The notes beneath the pieces are model-generated. The model had not been told where the DNA came from and made no database searches. It worked only from the letters and a program-made list of their open reading frames with translations. A stretch of DNA of 64,000 nucleotides, from contig JBLNBQ010000061.1 of NCBI GenBank assembly GCA_050260095.1, positions 7,261 to 71,260 on the forward strand, given 5' to 3'. This stretch comes from Chitinophagales bacterium. GTDB taxonomy: Bacteria; Bacillota; UBA5301; DYFA01. Within the stretch, counting starts at the first letter, position 1; each line of letters begins with the position of its first letter. Positions 39,571 to 49,845 of the stretch are shown piece by piece. Both the position numbers and the translations under genes were made by a program.

Positions 39571-40875
39571 ATGTGTCAGGAAGACCGTCTGAACCGCAAC
39601 TTCCTCTTCACCTCGGAGTCGGTGACCGAGGGACATCCCGATAAGATCTGCGATCAGATCTCCGACGCCATCCTCGACGCCATCTTCGAGAAGGACCCCA
39701 ACGCCCGAGTGGCGTGTGAGACCACCGTCACGACCGGGCTCGTGCTCGTGGCGGGCGAGATCTCCTGCGCGTGCTACGTGGATATCCCGGCGCTGGTCCG
39801 CCAGACCATCCGCGACATCGGCTACACCCGGGCCAAGTTCGGCTTCGACGGCGACACCTGCGCGGTGCTGACCGCCATCGACGAGCAGTCGCCCGACATC
39901 GCCCAGGGCGTCAACCAGGCGCTGGAGGTGCGCGGCACCGGCGACACCGATGCCTTCGACGCCATCGGCGCGGGCGACCAGGGCCTCATGTTCGGGTTCG
40001 CCTGCGACGAGACCCCCGAGTTGATGCCGCTGCCGATCTCCTTGGCTCACCAGTTGGCCCGGCGCCTCACCGAAGTCCGCAAGGAGCGGGAGGTCACCTA
40101 CCTGCGGCCCGATGGCAAGACCCAGGTCACGGTGGAATACAGGGAAGACCGTCCCGTTCGGGTCGATACGATCGTCATCTCGACCCAGCATCACCCCGAG
40201 GTCAGCCGGGAAACCATCGAGCAGGACCTGATCGAGAAGGTCATCAAGCCCGTGGTGCCCGCCAAGTACCTCGATGAGCAGACCAAGATCCTCATCAACC
40301 CGTCGGGCCGGTTCGTGGTGGGCGGCCCCCAGGGCGACACGGGGCTCACGGGCCGGAAGATCATCGTCGACACCTACGGCGGCTACGCCCGGCACGGCGG
40401 CGGCGCCTTCTCTGGCAAGGATCCCACGAAGGTGGACCGGTCGGCGGCCTACGCGTTGCGCTATGTTGCCAAGAACGTGGTGGCGGCTGGGCTGGCCGAC
40501 AAGTGCGAGGTCCAGGCGGCCTACGCCATCGGCGTTGCCCACCCGGTCTCCATCATGGTCGACACCTTCGGCACCGGGCGGATTCCCGACGATGCCATCG
40601 CCACGCTCGTCCGGCGCATCTTCGACCTGCGCCCGGCCGCCATCATCGACCACTTCCAGCTGCGCCGGCCGATCTACCGGCAACTGGCGGCCTACGGTCA
40701 CTTCGGCCGGACCGACCTCGACCTGCCGTGGGAGAAGACCGACAAGGTGGCCGAGCTGAAGGCGGGCGCCGAGGAGTTCGTCCGGCACGGTCACGTGCAC
40801 GTGCACGCGCACGAGCACACCCATACTCACACCCACGAGCACGGCGACGACCACGATCACCCGCACGAGCACTGA
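39571..40875 (+). CDS. metK: S-adenosylmethionine synthetase with a His-rich C-terminal tail
   Basis: [57 protein letters not shown]. The C-terminus [31 protein letters not shown] is about 40 aa longer than typical MetK. Confidence 0.9.
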   Translation: MCQEDRLNRNFLFTSESVTEGHPDKICDQISDAILDAIFEKDPNARVACETTVTTGLVLVAGEISCACYVDIPALVRQTIRDIGYTRAKFGFDGDTCAVLTAIDEQSPDIAQGVNQALEVRGTGDTDAFDAIGAGDQGLMFGFACDETPELMPLPISLAHQLARRLTEVRKEREVTYLRPDGKTQVTVEYREDRPVRVDTIVISTQHHPEVSRETIEQDLIEKVIKPVVPAKYLDEQTKILINPSGRFVVGGPQGDTGLTGRKIIVDTYGGYARHGGGAFSGKDPTKVDRSAAYALRYVAKNVVAAGLADKCEVQAAYAIGVAHPVSIMVDTFGTGRIPDDAIATLVRRIFDLRPAAIIDHFQLRRPIYRQLAAYGHFGRTDLDLPWEKTDKVAELKAGAEEFVRHGHVHVHAHEHTHTHTHEHGDDHDHPHEH

Positions 40876-40899
40876 GCCGGGCGGGGCGGAGGCGGGCCG

Positions 40900-41286
40900 G
40901 TGAGAGTCGGCGTCGACCTGGTGGATATCGCACGGTTGGGGCGCATCCTCGAGAGGCGCCCCTCCTTCGCGTCCCGGGTCTTCACCGAGGGGGAACTGAG
41001 CCTGGCGGAGGACATGGGGCTCGCGAAGCGGCGGGAGTTCCTGGCCGGCCGGTTCGCCGCCAAGGAGGCGGTCCTCAAGGGCCTCGGCACCGGCCTCGCC
41101 GCGGGGATCGCCTGGCGCGACATCGAAGTTCTCCGGGGGCCGGGCGGCGCCCCTCTGCCCCGGCTCTCGGGGCGGGCGGCGGAGGTCGCGGCGGCCCTCG
41201 GCGTGACGCAGACCCGGCTCTCCCTCTCGCACGACCGCGAGAAGGCGGTGGCCGTGGCGATCATGGAGGAGATTTCGCATCACTGA
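40900..41286 (+). CDS. acpS: Holo-ACP synthase (4'-phosphopantetheinyl transferase)
   Basis: VGVDLVDIARL...FAAKEAVLKGLGTG...SLSHDREKAVAVAI. Confidence 0.8.
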   Translation: MRVGVDLVDIARLGRILERRPSFASRVFTEGELSLAEDMGLAKRREFLAGRFAAKEAVLKGLGTGLAAGIAWRDIEVLRGPGGAPLPRLSGRAAEVAAALGVTQTRLSLSHDREKAVAVAIMEEISHH

Positions 41287-41327
41287 CGGCCCGGGAGCGG
41301 GGCGGGGTTTGGGAAGGAGCGAATGGG

Positions 41328-42125
41328 ATGAGCGGCACGGAACTCAAGGCGGATATCGGCGTCTTCGGTGGCTCGGGCTTCTACGATTTCCTGGGCGATG
41401 TGGAGGAGGTCTGGGTCGAGACGCCCTACGGGCCGCCGAGCGACAGGATCGCCATCGCCCAGGTGGGGGAGAAGCGGGTGGCGTTCCTGCCTCGCCACGG
41501 CAAGGACCACCGGTTCCCCCCGCACATGGTGAATTACCGGGCCAACCTCTGGGCGATGCACAGCCTGGGCGTGAAGCGCCTGATCGGGCCCTGCGCGGCC
41601 GGCAGCCTCCAGCCGCACGTCAAGCCGGGCGAGTTCGTGGTGACCGACCAGTTCGTCAACCGCACCTACGGGCGGAAAGACACCTTCTTCGACGGCCCTC
41701 TGACCTACCACGTGGCGGCCGCCGAACCGTACTGCCCCGTGCTGCGGAAGATCGCGATCGAGGCGGCCAAGGCGGAGGGGATCACCGTTCACGAGACCGG
41801 CACCGTGGTGGTCGTGCAGGGGCCCCGCTTCTCCACCAAGGCCGAGAGCCGGGAGTTCGCCAGCCACGGCTGGGAGGTCATCAACATGACCCAGTATCCC
41901 GAAGGCATCCTCGCCCGGGAGCTGGGCATCTGCTACGTCAACGTGGCGCTAATCACCGACTTCGACGCCGGCCTGGAGGGTCACCCGGAGGTCGAGGCGG
42001 TGACGCACGAGGCCGTGCTCAAGGTCTTCGCGGAGAACAACAGCAAGCTCAAGGGCCTGCTCTTCCGCATGATCGACGCCATCCCCACCGGCGAGCGGCG
42101 GGGGTGCCGCTGCGCTGAGCGGTAG
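41328..42125 (+). CDS. mtnP: S-methyl-5'-thioadenosine phosphorylase
   Basis: IGVFGGSGFYDF, FLPRHGKDHRFPPHMVNYRANLWAM, VINMTQYPEG. A GGGAAGGAG RBS. Confidence 0.8.
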   Translation: MSGTELKADIGVFGGSGFYDFLGDVEEVWVETPYGPPSDRIAIAQVGEKRVAFLPRHGKDHRFPPHMVNYRANLWAMHSLGVKRLIGPCAAGSLQPHVKPGEFVVTDQFVNRTYGRKDTFFDGPLTYHVAAAEPYCPVLRKIAIEAAKAEGITVHETGTVVVVQGPRFSTKAESREFASHGWEVINMTQYPEGILARELGICYVNVALITDFDAGLEGHPEVEAVTHEAVLKVFAENNSKLKGLLFRMIDAIPTGERRGCRCAER

Positions 42126-42190
42126 TTCATACCCCCTGGCAGAGCGGCATACGGTTTAAGCGACTACAGCCTCGCAGGGAGGCGGTTGCC

Positions 42191-42766
42191 GTGGCGTTGA
42201 CGCACAGCCAGAAGCGTGAGCGGATCGCCTCACCCACCCTGAGCGATCTGCAGGCCATCGCAGCGGGCGCGCTGGGGTACGCGCTGTTGGGGGCAGCCTG
42301 CGGCTTCTTGCCGGGCGGGCTGTCCCTTTTCCGTCCGGCTCCCGCGGTGGTGGTGCTGGCCGCCCTCACCGGCGGCCCGGTGGTGGGCTTCGGAGCGGGT
42401 TTTCTGGGAGACCTCCTTTTGGGGCTGTGGCAAGGCGGCCTATGGCTCCACTGGAGCCTGGGCGTGGGCGTGGCCGGCGCTTTGACCGGCCTGCTCTGGC
42501 TCTGGTCCGACGTGGATGCGGCGCCCGCCCTGTCCCGGCGCGACCTCCTCAAGATCGCGTGCTTCAGCACCGCCGGTTTTCTCGCCGGCGCCCTCTTCTC
42601 CGCCCTGGTCGACTTGGCTTTGGGGGCGGCGCTGCCCCTGGCCTTCCTCGCCTGGGCCCTCCCGGCCTGGCTGGTCAACACGTTCTGGGGGACGGTCCTC
42701 GGTTCGCTGGCCCTCACATACCTGAAACGGATCCGCCGGGGTCGCGTCGAGACCCGGCAGGCGTAA
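42191..42766 (+). CDS. Integral membrane protein (about 5 TM, Gly/Ala/Leu-rich), function unknown
   Basis: GTG start with an AGGGAGG RBS, highly hydrophobic. Confidence 0.35.
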   Translation: MALTHSQKRERIASPTLSDLQAIAAGALGYALLGAACGFLPGGLSLFRPAPAVVVLAALTGGPVVGFGAGFLGDLLLGLWQGGLWLHWSLGVGVAGALTGLLWLWSDVDAAPALSRRDLLKIACFSTAGFLAGALFSALVDLALGAALPLAFLAWALPAWLVNTFWGTVLGSLALTYLKRIRRGRVETRQA

Positions 42767-42839
42767 GCCGTTTCCTCTCCGCAGGAGATATCCCCCTCGA
42801 CACGAAGTAATGTTATCCTGGAGGAAAGGCCAAGGGGGT

Positions 42840-43910
42840 ATGGCGGTGAAGGGTCTCATCTTGGCCGGGGGCAAGGGCACCCGGCTGCGTCCCATCACGC
42901 ACACCAGCGCGAAGCAGCTGGTGCCGGTGGCGAACAAGCCCATCCTTTTCTATGCGATCGAGACGCTCAAGGAAGCGGGCGTCGACGACATCGGGATGAT
43001 CATCGGCGATACGGGTGCGGAGGTCAGGGCAGCCGTGGGCGACGGCTCCCGCTGGGGAGTGCGCATCACCTACATCCCGCAGGAGGCGCCGCTGGGCCTG
43101 GCCCACGCCGTGCAGACCGCCAGGGACTTTCTCTACCCCGACCCGTTCGTCATGTTCCTGGGCGACAACCTCATCAAGGGCGGGGTGGTCTCGTTCACGG
43201 AACGGTTCCGGGCGACCCACCCCAACGCCCTCATCCTGCTGACGCACGTGCCCAACCCCCAGGAGTTCGGGGTGGCCGAACTGGTCGACGGCCGGGTGGT
43301 GAACCTGGTTGAGAAGCCGAAGGAGCCCAAGAGTGACCTGGCGCTGGTCGGGGTCTACCTCTTCGACCACCACATCTTCGAAGCCATCGCCCATATCAAG
43401 CCCTCGTGGCGGGGCGAGCTGGAGATCACCGATGCCATCCAGTGGCTGGTTCAAAACGGCTATGCCGTCGAGCCCCACCTGGTCGAGGGCTGGTGGAAGG
43501 ACACGGGGAAGCTCGGCGACCTGCTCGAGGCGAACCGCCTCATCCTGGAGGATATTGCACCCGAGGTCAAGGGCAAAGTGGGAGAGGGAGCCCGGATCGA
43601 AGGCCGCGTCGCGGTGGCGGAGGGCGCCGAGATCGTCGACTCCGTGGTGCGGGGGCCGGCCGTGATCGGCCCGGGGGCCCGGGTGAAGGGTTCCTTCATC
43701 GGTCCGTTCACCTCGGTGGGAGCGGACGTGACGATCGAGAACAGCGAGGTGGAGCACTCCATCATCCTCGCCGGCAGCACCGTGGCCGACCTGGGCGGGC
43801 GCCTGGTCGACTCCTTGATCGGCAAGAACGTCGAGATCCGGAGAGCCGAGGCCAAGCCGCGGGCGTACCGGATGATGGTCGGCGACAACTCGCAGGTTGG
43901 GGTGGTCTAG
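42840..43910 (+). CDS. rmlA: Glucose-1-phosphate thymidylyltransferase (long form)
   Basis: GLILAGGKGTRLRPITHTSAKQLVPVANKP, C-terminal beta-helix domain, AAGGGGGT RBS. Confidence 0.8.
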   Translation: MAVKGLILAGGKGTRLRPITHTSAKQLVPVANKPILFYAIETLKEAGVDDIGMIIGDTGAEVRAAVGDGSRWGVRITYIPQEAPLGLAHAVQTARDFLYPDPFVMFLGDNLIKGGVVSFTERFRATHPNALILLTHVPNPQEFGVAELVDGRVVNLVEKPKEPKSDLALVGVYLFDHHIFEAIAHIKPSWRGELEITDAIQWLVQNGYAVEPHLVEGWWKDTGKLGDLLEANRLILEDIAPEVKGKVGEGARIEGRVAVAEGAEIVDSVVRGPAVIGPGARVKGSFIGPFTSVGADVTIENSEVEHSIILAGSTVADLGGRLVDSLIGKNVEIRRAEAKPRAYRMMVGDNSQVGVV

Positions 43911-43946
43911 CGCTTAGGGCGCGCACGGTCAGAGAGGAGCCGGAAG

Positions 43947-44417
43947 ATGGGCAACAAGCGGCTGATCGACGGGGTCAAGGTCAAGCCCCTAAAGGTCATC
44001 CCCGACGAGCGGGGGCGGCTCATGGAGATGCTGCGGGCCGACGACGAGATCTTCGAGCAGTTCGGCCAGGTCTACCTCACCACCGCCTACCCGGGCGTGG
44101 TCAAGGCCTGGCACTACCACAAGAAGCAGGCCGATCACATGGTGGTCGTCAAGGGGATGATGAAGATCGTCCTCTACGACGACCGGGAGGGCTCGTCGAC
44201 CAGAGGCGAGATCAACGAGTTCTTCCTGGGCGACCACAGCCCCCTCCTGCTCAAGATACCCAAGATGGTATACCACGGCTTCAAGTGCATCAGCGAGACC
44301 GAAGCGATGGTCATCAACGTGCCGACGGAAGTCTACAACTACCAGGAACCCGACGAATACCGGATCGACCCGCACGCAGGGGGCATCCCGTACGACTGGG
44401 CCAGGAAGGACGGTTAG
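43947..44417 (+). CDS. rmlC: dTDP-4-dehydrorhamnose 3,5-epimerase-family cupin (short form)
   Basis: Cupin fold, sits in the rml operon between rmlA and rmlB. Confidence 0.6.
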   Translation: MGNKRLIDGVKVKPLKVIPDERGRLMEMLRADDEIFEQFGQVYLTTAYPGVVKAWHYHKKQADHMVVVKGMMKIVLYDDREGSSTRGEINEFFLGDHSPLLLKIPKMVYHGFKCISETEAMVINVPTEVYNYQEPDEYRIDPHAGGIPYDWARKDG

Positions 44418-44420
44418 GCG

Positions 44421-45431
44421 ATGGAGTTCCGCCGTATCCTCGTCACCGGGGGAGCCGGTTTCATCGGGAGCAACTTCATCCACCACTGGTTGGCGGCGCA
44501 CGAGGGCGAGGTGGTCAACCTCGATCTGTTGACCTACGCCGGGAACCTGGAGAACCTGGCGGCGGTGCAGGACAATCCCCGCTACCGGTTCGTACGGGGA
44601 GACATCGCCGACCGTGAACTGGTGGACCAGGTGCTCGACGGGGTGGACGCGGTGGTCAACTTCGCCGCCGAGTCGCACGTCGACCGTTCCATCCACGATG
44701 CCGGCGCCTTCATCCGCACCAACGTCGGCGGAACCCAGGCGCTGCTCGAGGCGGCCCGTCACCGGGGCGTGAAGCGTTTCCTGCAGGTGTCGACCGATGA
44801 GGTCTACGGCTCGCTGGGGCCGGAGGGGCGCTTCACCGAGGAAAGCCCGCTTCAGCCCAACAGTCCGTATTCGGCCAGCAAGGCCTCGGCCGACCTGCTG
44901 GCGCGGGCCTACCATCACACGTTCGGGCTCGACGTGGTCGTCACTCGGTGTTCGAACAACTACGGGCCTTACCAGTTCCCGGAGAAGCTGATTCCGCTCA
45001 TGGTGACCAACGCCATGGAGAACAAGGAGTTGCCGGTGTACGGCGACGGGCTCAACGTGCGGGACTGGATCCACGTGGCCGACCACTGCCGGGCGATCGA
45101 CGTGGCCCTGACGCGGGGAAAAGCCGGGGAGGTCTACAACATCGGGGCCGGCGAAGAACACACCAACCTCGAACTGGTGCGCAGCATCCTGCGCCTCTTG
45201 GGGAAGCCGGAGACCTTGATCAAGTACGTCAAGGACCGCCCGGGCCACGACCGCCGCTACGCGATCGATCCGGCCAAAGCCCGGCGGGAACTGGGCTGGG
45301 CCCCGCAGGTCGACTTCGCCCGGGGCCTCGCCGACACGGTGAACTGGTACGTGACGAACCGCGCGTGGTGGGAGAAGATCAAGTCCGGCGCGTACCGGGA
45401 TTACTACGCCGCCATGTACGGCGCCCGGTAA
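44421..45431 (+). CDS. rmlB: dTDP-glucose 4,6-dehydratase
   Basis: ILVTGGAGFIGSNF, YSASKASADLL, RCSNNYGPYQFPEKLIP. Confidence 0.9.
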   Translation: MEFRRILVTGGAGFIGSNFIHHWLAAHEGEVVNLDLLTYAGNLENLAAVQDNPRYRFVRGDIADRELVDQVLDGVDAVVNFAAESHVDRSIHDAGAFIRTNVGGTQALLEAARHRGVKRFLQVSTDEVYGSLGPEGRFTEESPLQPNSPYSASKASADLLARAYHHTFGLDVVVTRCSNNYGPYQFPEKLIPLMVTNAMENKELPVYGDGLNVRDWIHVADHCRAIDVALTRGKAGEVYNIGAGEEHTNLELVRSILRLLGKPETLIKYVKDRPGHDRRYAIDPAKARRELGWAPQVDFARGLADTVNWYVTNRAWWEKIKSGAYRDYYAAMYGAR

Positions 45432-45443
45432 GGAGTGGTGGAG

Positions 45444-46331
45444 ATGGCCAGGACGGCCAAGCGAGTGCTGATCACCGGCGCCTGGGGGCAGCTCGGCCAG
45501 GACCTGATGCGCGCTTTCAGCGACGCCACGGTGCTCGGCGTCGGTTCGGTGGAGATGGACATCACCAACGCGGAACACACCAGGCAGGCCATCGCAGAGT
45601 GGCGGCCCGACCTCGTCATCCACTCGGCGGCCTACACCGACGTCGACGGGTGCGAGGCCGACCCCGACCGGGCGTTCAGGGTCAACGCGCTGGGGACGCG
45701 CAACGTGGCGCTCGGGTGCCAGGCTGCCGAGGCAGCCCTGGTCTACGTCTCGACAGATTACGTCTTCGACGGGCGCCGGGTGGGCGTTCCCTACACCGAA
45801 TACGACGCGGTGAGCCCGCTCTCCGTCTACGGACGCTCGAAACTGGCGGGGGAGGAGTACGTCCAGCGCCTCTTGGACCGCTACTTCATCGTGCGTACCT
45901 CGTGGCTCCACGGCCTTTCCGGGAAGAACTTCCTGCGGACCATCCTCTCCTGGGCGAAGCAGGGCAGGGAGCTCACCGTCGTCGACGACCAGGTCGGGTC
46001 GCCGACCTTCACCTTCGACCTCGCCCCGGCCATCCGAAGACTGGCCGAGACGGGGCAGTACGGCCTCTACCACGTCACCAACGCAGGCTCCTGCTCGTGG
46101 CACGCGCTCGCCCAAGAGGCGCTGGGCCTCTTCGCCGGCCGGTGCCCCGAGGTGGCGAAGGTGTCTCTCCGGCCCATCACGACGGAACAAATCGGGCGTC
46201 CGGCGCCGCGCCCCTTCTATTCCGTGTTGCGCAACTACAACCTGGAACTGGCGGGCTTGCCCCGCTTAAGACCCTACCAGGAAGCCCTGCGCGAGTTCAT
46301 CCAGGCCTTGGAACTCGAGCAGGCTGGGTAG
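45444..46331 (+). CDS. rmlD: dTDP-4-dehydrorhamnose reductase
   Basis: VLITGAWGQLG, TDYVFDG, SVYGRSKLAGE. ATG 45444 with an AAGGAG RBS. Confidence 0.85.
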   Translation: MARTAKRVLITGAWGQLGQDLMRAFSDATVLGVGSVEMDITNAEHTRQAIAEWRPDLVIHSAAYTDVDGCEADPDRAFRVNALGTRNVALGCQAAEAALVYVSTDYVFDGRRVGVPYTEYDAVSPLSVYGRSKLAGEEYVQRLLDRYFIVRTSWLHGLSGKNFLRTILSWAKQGRELTVVDDQVGSPTFTFDLAPAIRRLAETGQYGLYHVTNAGSCSWHALAQEALGLFAGRCPEVAKVSLRPITTEQIGRPAPRPFYSVLRNYNLELAGLPRLRPYQEALREFIQALELEQAG

Positions 46332-46349
46332 GACACGGAGGCTGTTGCA

Positions 46350-47471
46350 GTGGCGGGAAAAACCATCCTCATCCTGAGCACCTCTTTCGGCGCCGGGCAT
46401 GTGCGGGCTGCCGAGGCGCTGCGCGACGCCTGCCGGGAGATCGATCCGAAGGGCCGGGTTGAGATCATCGACTTCCTGCGGACGTTCAACAAATACCTCT
46501 CCCGGGTGGCGGAAGAGGCGTACTACGCCATGACCAAACACACGCCCCGGGTCTACAAGTTCTTCTACGAGGTCGAATCCCGGCCGGCCTCGCGGCTCAA
46601 ATCGGTGGAGTCGCGCCTCGGGCGGGGCATGTTGCTGCGGATCATCGACGAGATCAAACCCGACTGCGTCATCTCGACCCACTTCCTCCCGGCGGGGGTC
46701 ATGGATCGCCTCGGTGAGCGGGTCCAGATCCCACAGGGCGTGGTCCTGACCGACTACGAATCGCACCCGATGTGGCTTTATCCGGGAGCCGACGCCTTCT
46801 TCATCGCCCACCCGGGCATGCGGCGGGAACTGATTTCGAGCGGCGTGGACCCAGCCAAGATCCACGTGACCGGCATCCCGATCAAGGCGGAGTTTTCGCA
46901 GGAGCATGACCGGGAGGCCCTGCGGCGGCGGCTCCTCGCCCGGACCGACCTGCCGGTGGTGCTGGTGACGAGTGGCGGGCGGGGCATCGGGCCGCTCATG
47001 GAGGTCCTGGAAGCGCTTGACCGGGTCGAGGTGCCGGTGCAGGTCGCGGTGGTGTCCGGCCGGAACCCGGTGCTGGCCCGCCGGTTGCAGGAGTTCTCCC
47101 GGGGGCTGCGCGTGCCCACGCAGATTCTGGGCTTCGTCAACAACATCCACGAGTGGATGTCGATCGCCGAGGTCATGATCGGCAAGGCGGGGGGGCTCTC
47201 CGTCTCGGAAGCCATCGCCGCCGGGTTGCCGATGGTGATCGTCGCACCGACGCCTGGCCAGGAGGAAGGCAATACGAACTACCTCACCTGGCACGGGGCG
47301 GCGATCCACGTGGCCGAGTTGGAAGACCTCGGCCCCGCGCTCAACCTGCTCCTCTCCACGCCTGAGCGCCTGTCCGACATGCGCCGGGCCGCCCACCGGA
47401 TCGCCCGGCCGAGCGCGGCCCGGGAGGTCGTCCAGACGATGCTGCGGCTCGTCGACGAGCGGCGGGGCTGA
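46350..47471 (+). CDS. UgtP/MGDG-synthase-like glycosyltransferase (GT28 family, diacylglycerol glycosyltransferase)
   Basis: MGDG_synth-like N-domain (ILILSTSFGAGHVRAAEAL) plus GT-B C-domain (GKAGGLSVSEAIAAGLPMVI). Confidence 0.6.
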   Translation: MAGKTILILSTSFGAGHVRAAEALRDACREIDPKGRVEIIDFLRTFNKYLSRVAEEAYYAMTKHTPRVYKFFYEVESRPASRLKSVESRLGRGMLLRIIDEIKPDCVISTHFLPAGVMDRLGERVQIPQGVVLTDYESHPMWLYPGADAFFIAHPGMRRELISSGVDPAKIHVTGIPIKAEFSQEHDREALRRRLLARTDLPVVLVTSGGRGIGPLMEVLEALDRVEVPVQVAVVSGRNPVLARRLQEFSRGLRVPTQILGFVNNIHEWMSIAEVMIGKAGGLSVSEAIAAGLPMVIVAPTPGQEEGNTNYLTWHGAAIHVAELEDLGPALNLLLSTPERLSDMRRAAHRIARPSAAREVVQTMLRLVDERRG

Positions 47472-47594
47472 GCGCGCCACCCTCCTGCCACCATGCAAGG
47501 TTCCTCCAGTGGAGGAATCTTTTATTCTCCGCCGAAAGACAAGCAATCGAGGAATTCTTCTACTTTCCGGTTCGACGGGAAAGGGCGGACGCCG

Positions 47595-48797
47595 ATGCAG
47601 GACCCGGTCGCGGTGCCGCAACCCGGCGGACGGCTGGCCGCGGGTACCAACGGACCCCTGATGCTCGAACGGATCGACGCCGTGATGCACGAGACGGTGG
47701 CGGCGGTTCAGCATGGGAAAGAGAAGATCTTCCAGGTGGGGGATCTGGCGCGGGAAGAACACGCGCGGCTCTCGCAGGACCTGGAAGCTCTCAGAAATGA
47801 ACTCGCCCATCGCACGGTCCACATCGCCGAGTTGGAGCAGAGGGCCCGGCAGGCCCGCACCAGCTTGGCGGAGATCAGCCGCGATTTCAACCACGCCAGC
47901 GAGGAGAGCATCCGCCGCGCCTACGCGACCGCCGAACAGGCCCAGGTCGACCTGTCGGTCGCGCAGGCCCAGGTGGCTGACTTGGTCCGGCGCCGGCAAG
48001 ACCTTGAGGCGCAGCGCCAACGGGTCGCCAACATGATGAGCAAAGCCGAGGAATTGACGACCGCCGTCGGGCTGGCCATCGAGTTCCTCACCGGCCGGAT
48101 TGCCGGGCAGTCATCCACGCTGAGGTATCGCACCAGCGGCATCGGCACGCAGGTCATCAAGGCCCAGGAAGAAGAGCGGCGGCGCATCGCCCGGGAGATT
48201 CACGACGGTCCGGCGCAAGCCATGGCGAACATCGTCCTGCGCGCCGAAATCTGCGAGAAGACCATGGATACCGGCAAGGGCGACCTCAAGGTCGAACTTG
48301 CCGATCTGAAGCGGCTGGCCAAGGACTGCCTGAAGGAGGTCCGCCGGATCATCTTCGACCTGCGCCCCATGACCCTCGACGACCTGGGGCTGGCGCCCAC
48401 CCTCACCCGCTACTGCGAGGAACTCGCCAAACAGGTTCCTTTCCAGATCCGCTTCGTCGTCTACGGCAAGGAGCGGCGCCTCGACGCCGGCGTCGAAGCC
48501 GCCCTGTTCCGCCTCGTCCAGGAGGCCCTCACCAACGCCCGCAAGTATGCGAAGCCCCTCAAGGTGGAGGTCAAGGTCGAGTTCCTCCCGGGCCTGATCC
48601 GCGCCGTGGTCGAGGACGACGGCGTGGGGTTCGACCCGGCCGACCTCCAGCGTCTCCAGGGCAAGAAGGACGAGCACTTCGGGCTGCTAGGCATGCGGGA
48701 GCGGGTGCAGCTCTTCGATGGTGAGCTGACGGTGACCTCGGCGCCGGGCAAGGGGACCACCGTGGTGGCCCAGATCCCGGTGGAAGGGGGGCGTTGA
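47595..48797 (+). CDS. DegS-like cytoplasmic sensor histidine kinase (HisKA_3 + HATPase)
   Basis: DegS sensor-like N-domain (EKIFQVGDLAREEHARL...ISRDFNHASEESIRRAYATAEQAQ), H-box RIAREIHDGPAQAMANI, no TM. ATG 47493 is an alternative start. Confidence 0.7.
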   Translation: MQDPVAVPQPGGRLAAGTNGPLMLERIDAVMHETVAAVQHGKEKIFQVGDLAREEHARLSQDLEALRNELAHRTVHIAELEQRARQARTSLAEISRDFNHASEESIRRAYATAEQAQVDLSVAQAQVADLVRRRQDLEAQRQRVANMMSKAEELTTAVGLAIEFLTGRIAGQSSTLRYRTSGIGTQVIKAQEEERRRIAREIHDGPAQAMANIVLRAEICEKTMDTGKGDLKVELADLKRLAKDCLKEVRRIIFDLRPMTLDDLGLAPTLTRYCEELAKQVPFQIRFVVYGKERRLDAGVEAALFRLVQEALTNARKYAKPLKVEVKVEFLPGLIRAVVEDDGVGFDPADLQRLQGKKDEHFGLLGMRERVQLFDGELTVTSAPGKGTTVVAQIPVEGGR

Positions 48798-48800
48798 GCG

Positions 48801-49472
48801 TTGGCCGGGCACAAGGTGCGCATCCTCGTGGCCGATGACCACGCGCTGATCCGGGAAGGACTCCGCAAGATCCTCGAGTTCGAGGAAGACCTTGAAGTGG
48901 TCGGCGAGAGCGGCGATGGCCCCTCCACCTTGGAACGGGCCCGGCAACTCAAGCCCGACGTGGTGACCCTCGACGTGAGCATGCCCGGGATGAGCGGGCT
49001 GGACGTGGCGCGCGCCCTGCACGAGGAGTTGCCGGGGGTCAAGGTCATCATCCTGACCGTTCACAACGACCAAGACTGCCTGCTGGCGGCGGTCCGCTCG
49101 GGAGGACAGGCCTACCTGCTGAAGGATTCGGAACCGGCGAAGCTCATCGAGGCCATCCGGACCGTCTACCGCGGCGGCACCTTCTTCCCGCCGGAACTCG
49201 TTGGCCACCTCGTCCAGGGCTATCAGAAGGCGACGAGTGAAGTCGCAGCGGCCGGGGAAGCGCTCTCCCGCATCCGCAGCCAGCTGACCGAGCGTGAGAT
49301 CGAAATCCTCAAGCTGATCGCCCGGGGGGCGAACAACCGGGAGATCGCTGACGAGCTGGTCATCTCCGAGAAGACCGTCAAGAACCACGTCAGCAGCATC
49401 CTTCACAAGCTGGAACTCGACGATCGGACCAAGGCCGCGGTCTTCGCCCTCAAGCACCGTCTGGTTGACTGA
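48801..49472 (+). CDS. DegU-like response regulator (REC + LuxR HTH)
   Basis: VRILVADDHALIREG, C-terminal LTEREIEILKLIARGANNREIADELVISEKTVKNHVSSILHKL. Confidence 0.75.
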   Translation: MAGHKVRILVADDHALIREGLRKILEFEEDLEVVGESGDGPSTLERARQLKPDVVTLDVSMPGMSGLDVARALHEELPGVKVIILTVHNDQDCLLAAVRSGGQAYLLKDSEPAKLIEAIRTVYRGGTFFPPELVGHLVQGYQKATSEVAAAGEALSRIRSQLTEREIEILKLIARGANNREIADELVISEKTVKNHVSSILHKLELDDRTKAAVFALKHRLVD

Positions 49473-49612
49473 CCTAGGACCAGAGTCCCAGGGAAATTGA
49501 GTCCACGGGCGGATGGCTTGTCCAGGAAAGCGATGGTACATTTAAGACGAAAGGAGCCTCCGGGGTACGCAGTGAACGGGGGCCAGCAGGCAAGAGAGGG
49601 GAGGTGCCAAAG

Positions 49613-49777
49613 ATGCTGAAGCGGCTTCTCTACGGTGAGGAAGGTCAGGGAATGGTCGAGTACGGTCTTATTATCGCTCTGGTCGCCATCGTCGTCATCG
49701 TGGTCCTGACCACCATGGGCAACAAGCTGAAGGCCACGTTCCAGGGGGTGTCGGACCAGCTCCCCAGCGGTAGCTGA
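49613..49777 (+). CDS. flp: Flp/Fap-family type IVb pilin
   Basis: 54 aa: MLKRLLYGEEGQGMVEYGLIIALVAIVVIVVLTTMGNKL... The G/xxxxEY prepilin motif. GGGGAGG RBS. Too short to appear in the ORF track. Confidence 0.75.
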   Translation: MLKRLLYGEEGQGMVEYGLIIALVAIVVIVVLTTMGNKLKATFQGVSDQLPSGS

Positions 49778-49845
49778 GACCCGGATCCGAAGCAAAGCAC
49801 GGACGCGTGAATAGCGCCCTGACGGGCCAAAAGGAGTGCATCCAG

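Noticed and set aside
49807-49845. N-terminal extension MNSALTGQKECIQ of the second flp ORF
   Set aside because: An AAAGGAG RBS precedes ATG 49846, and the product from there is collinear with flp1 (MLKRLL...).
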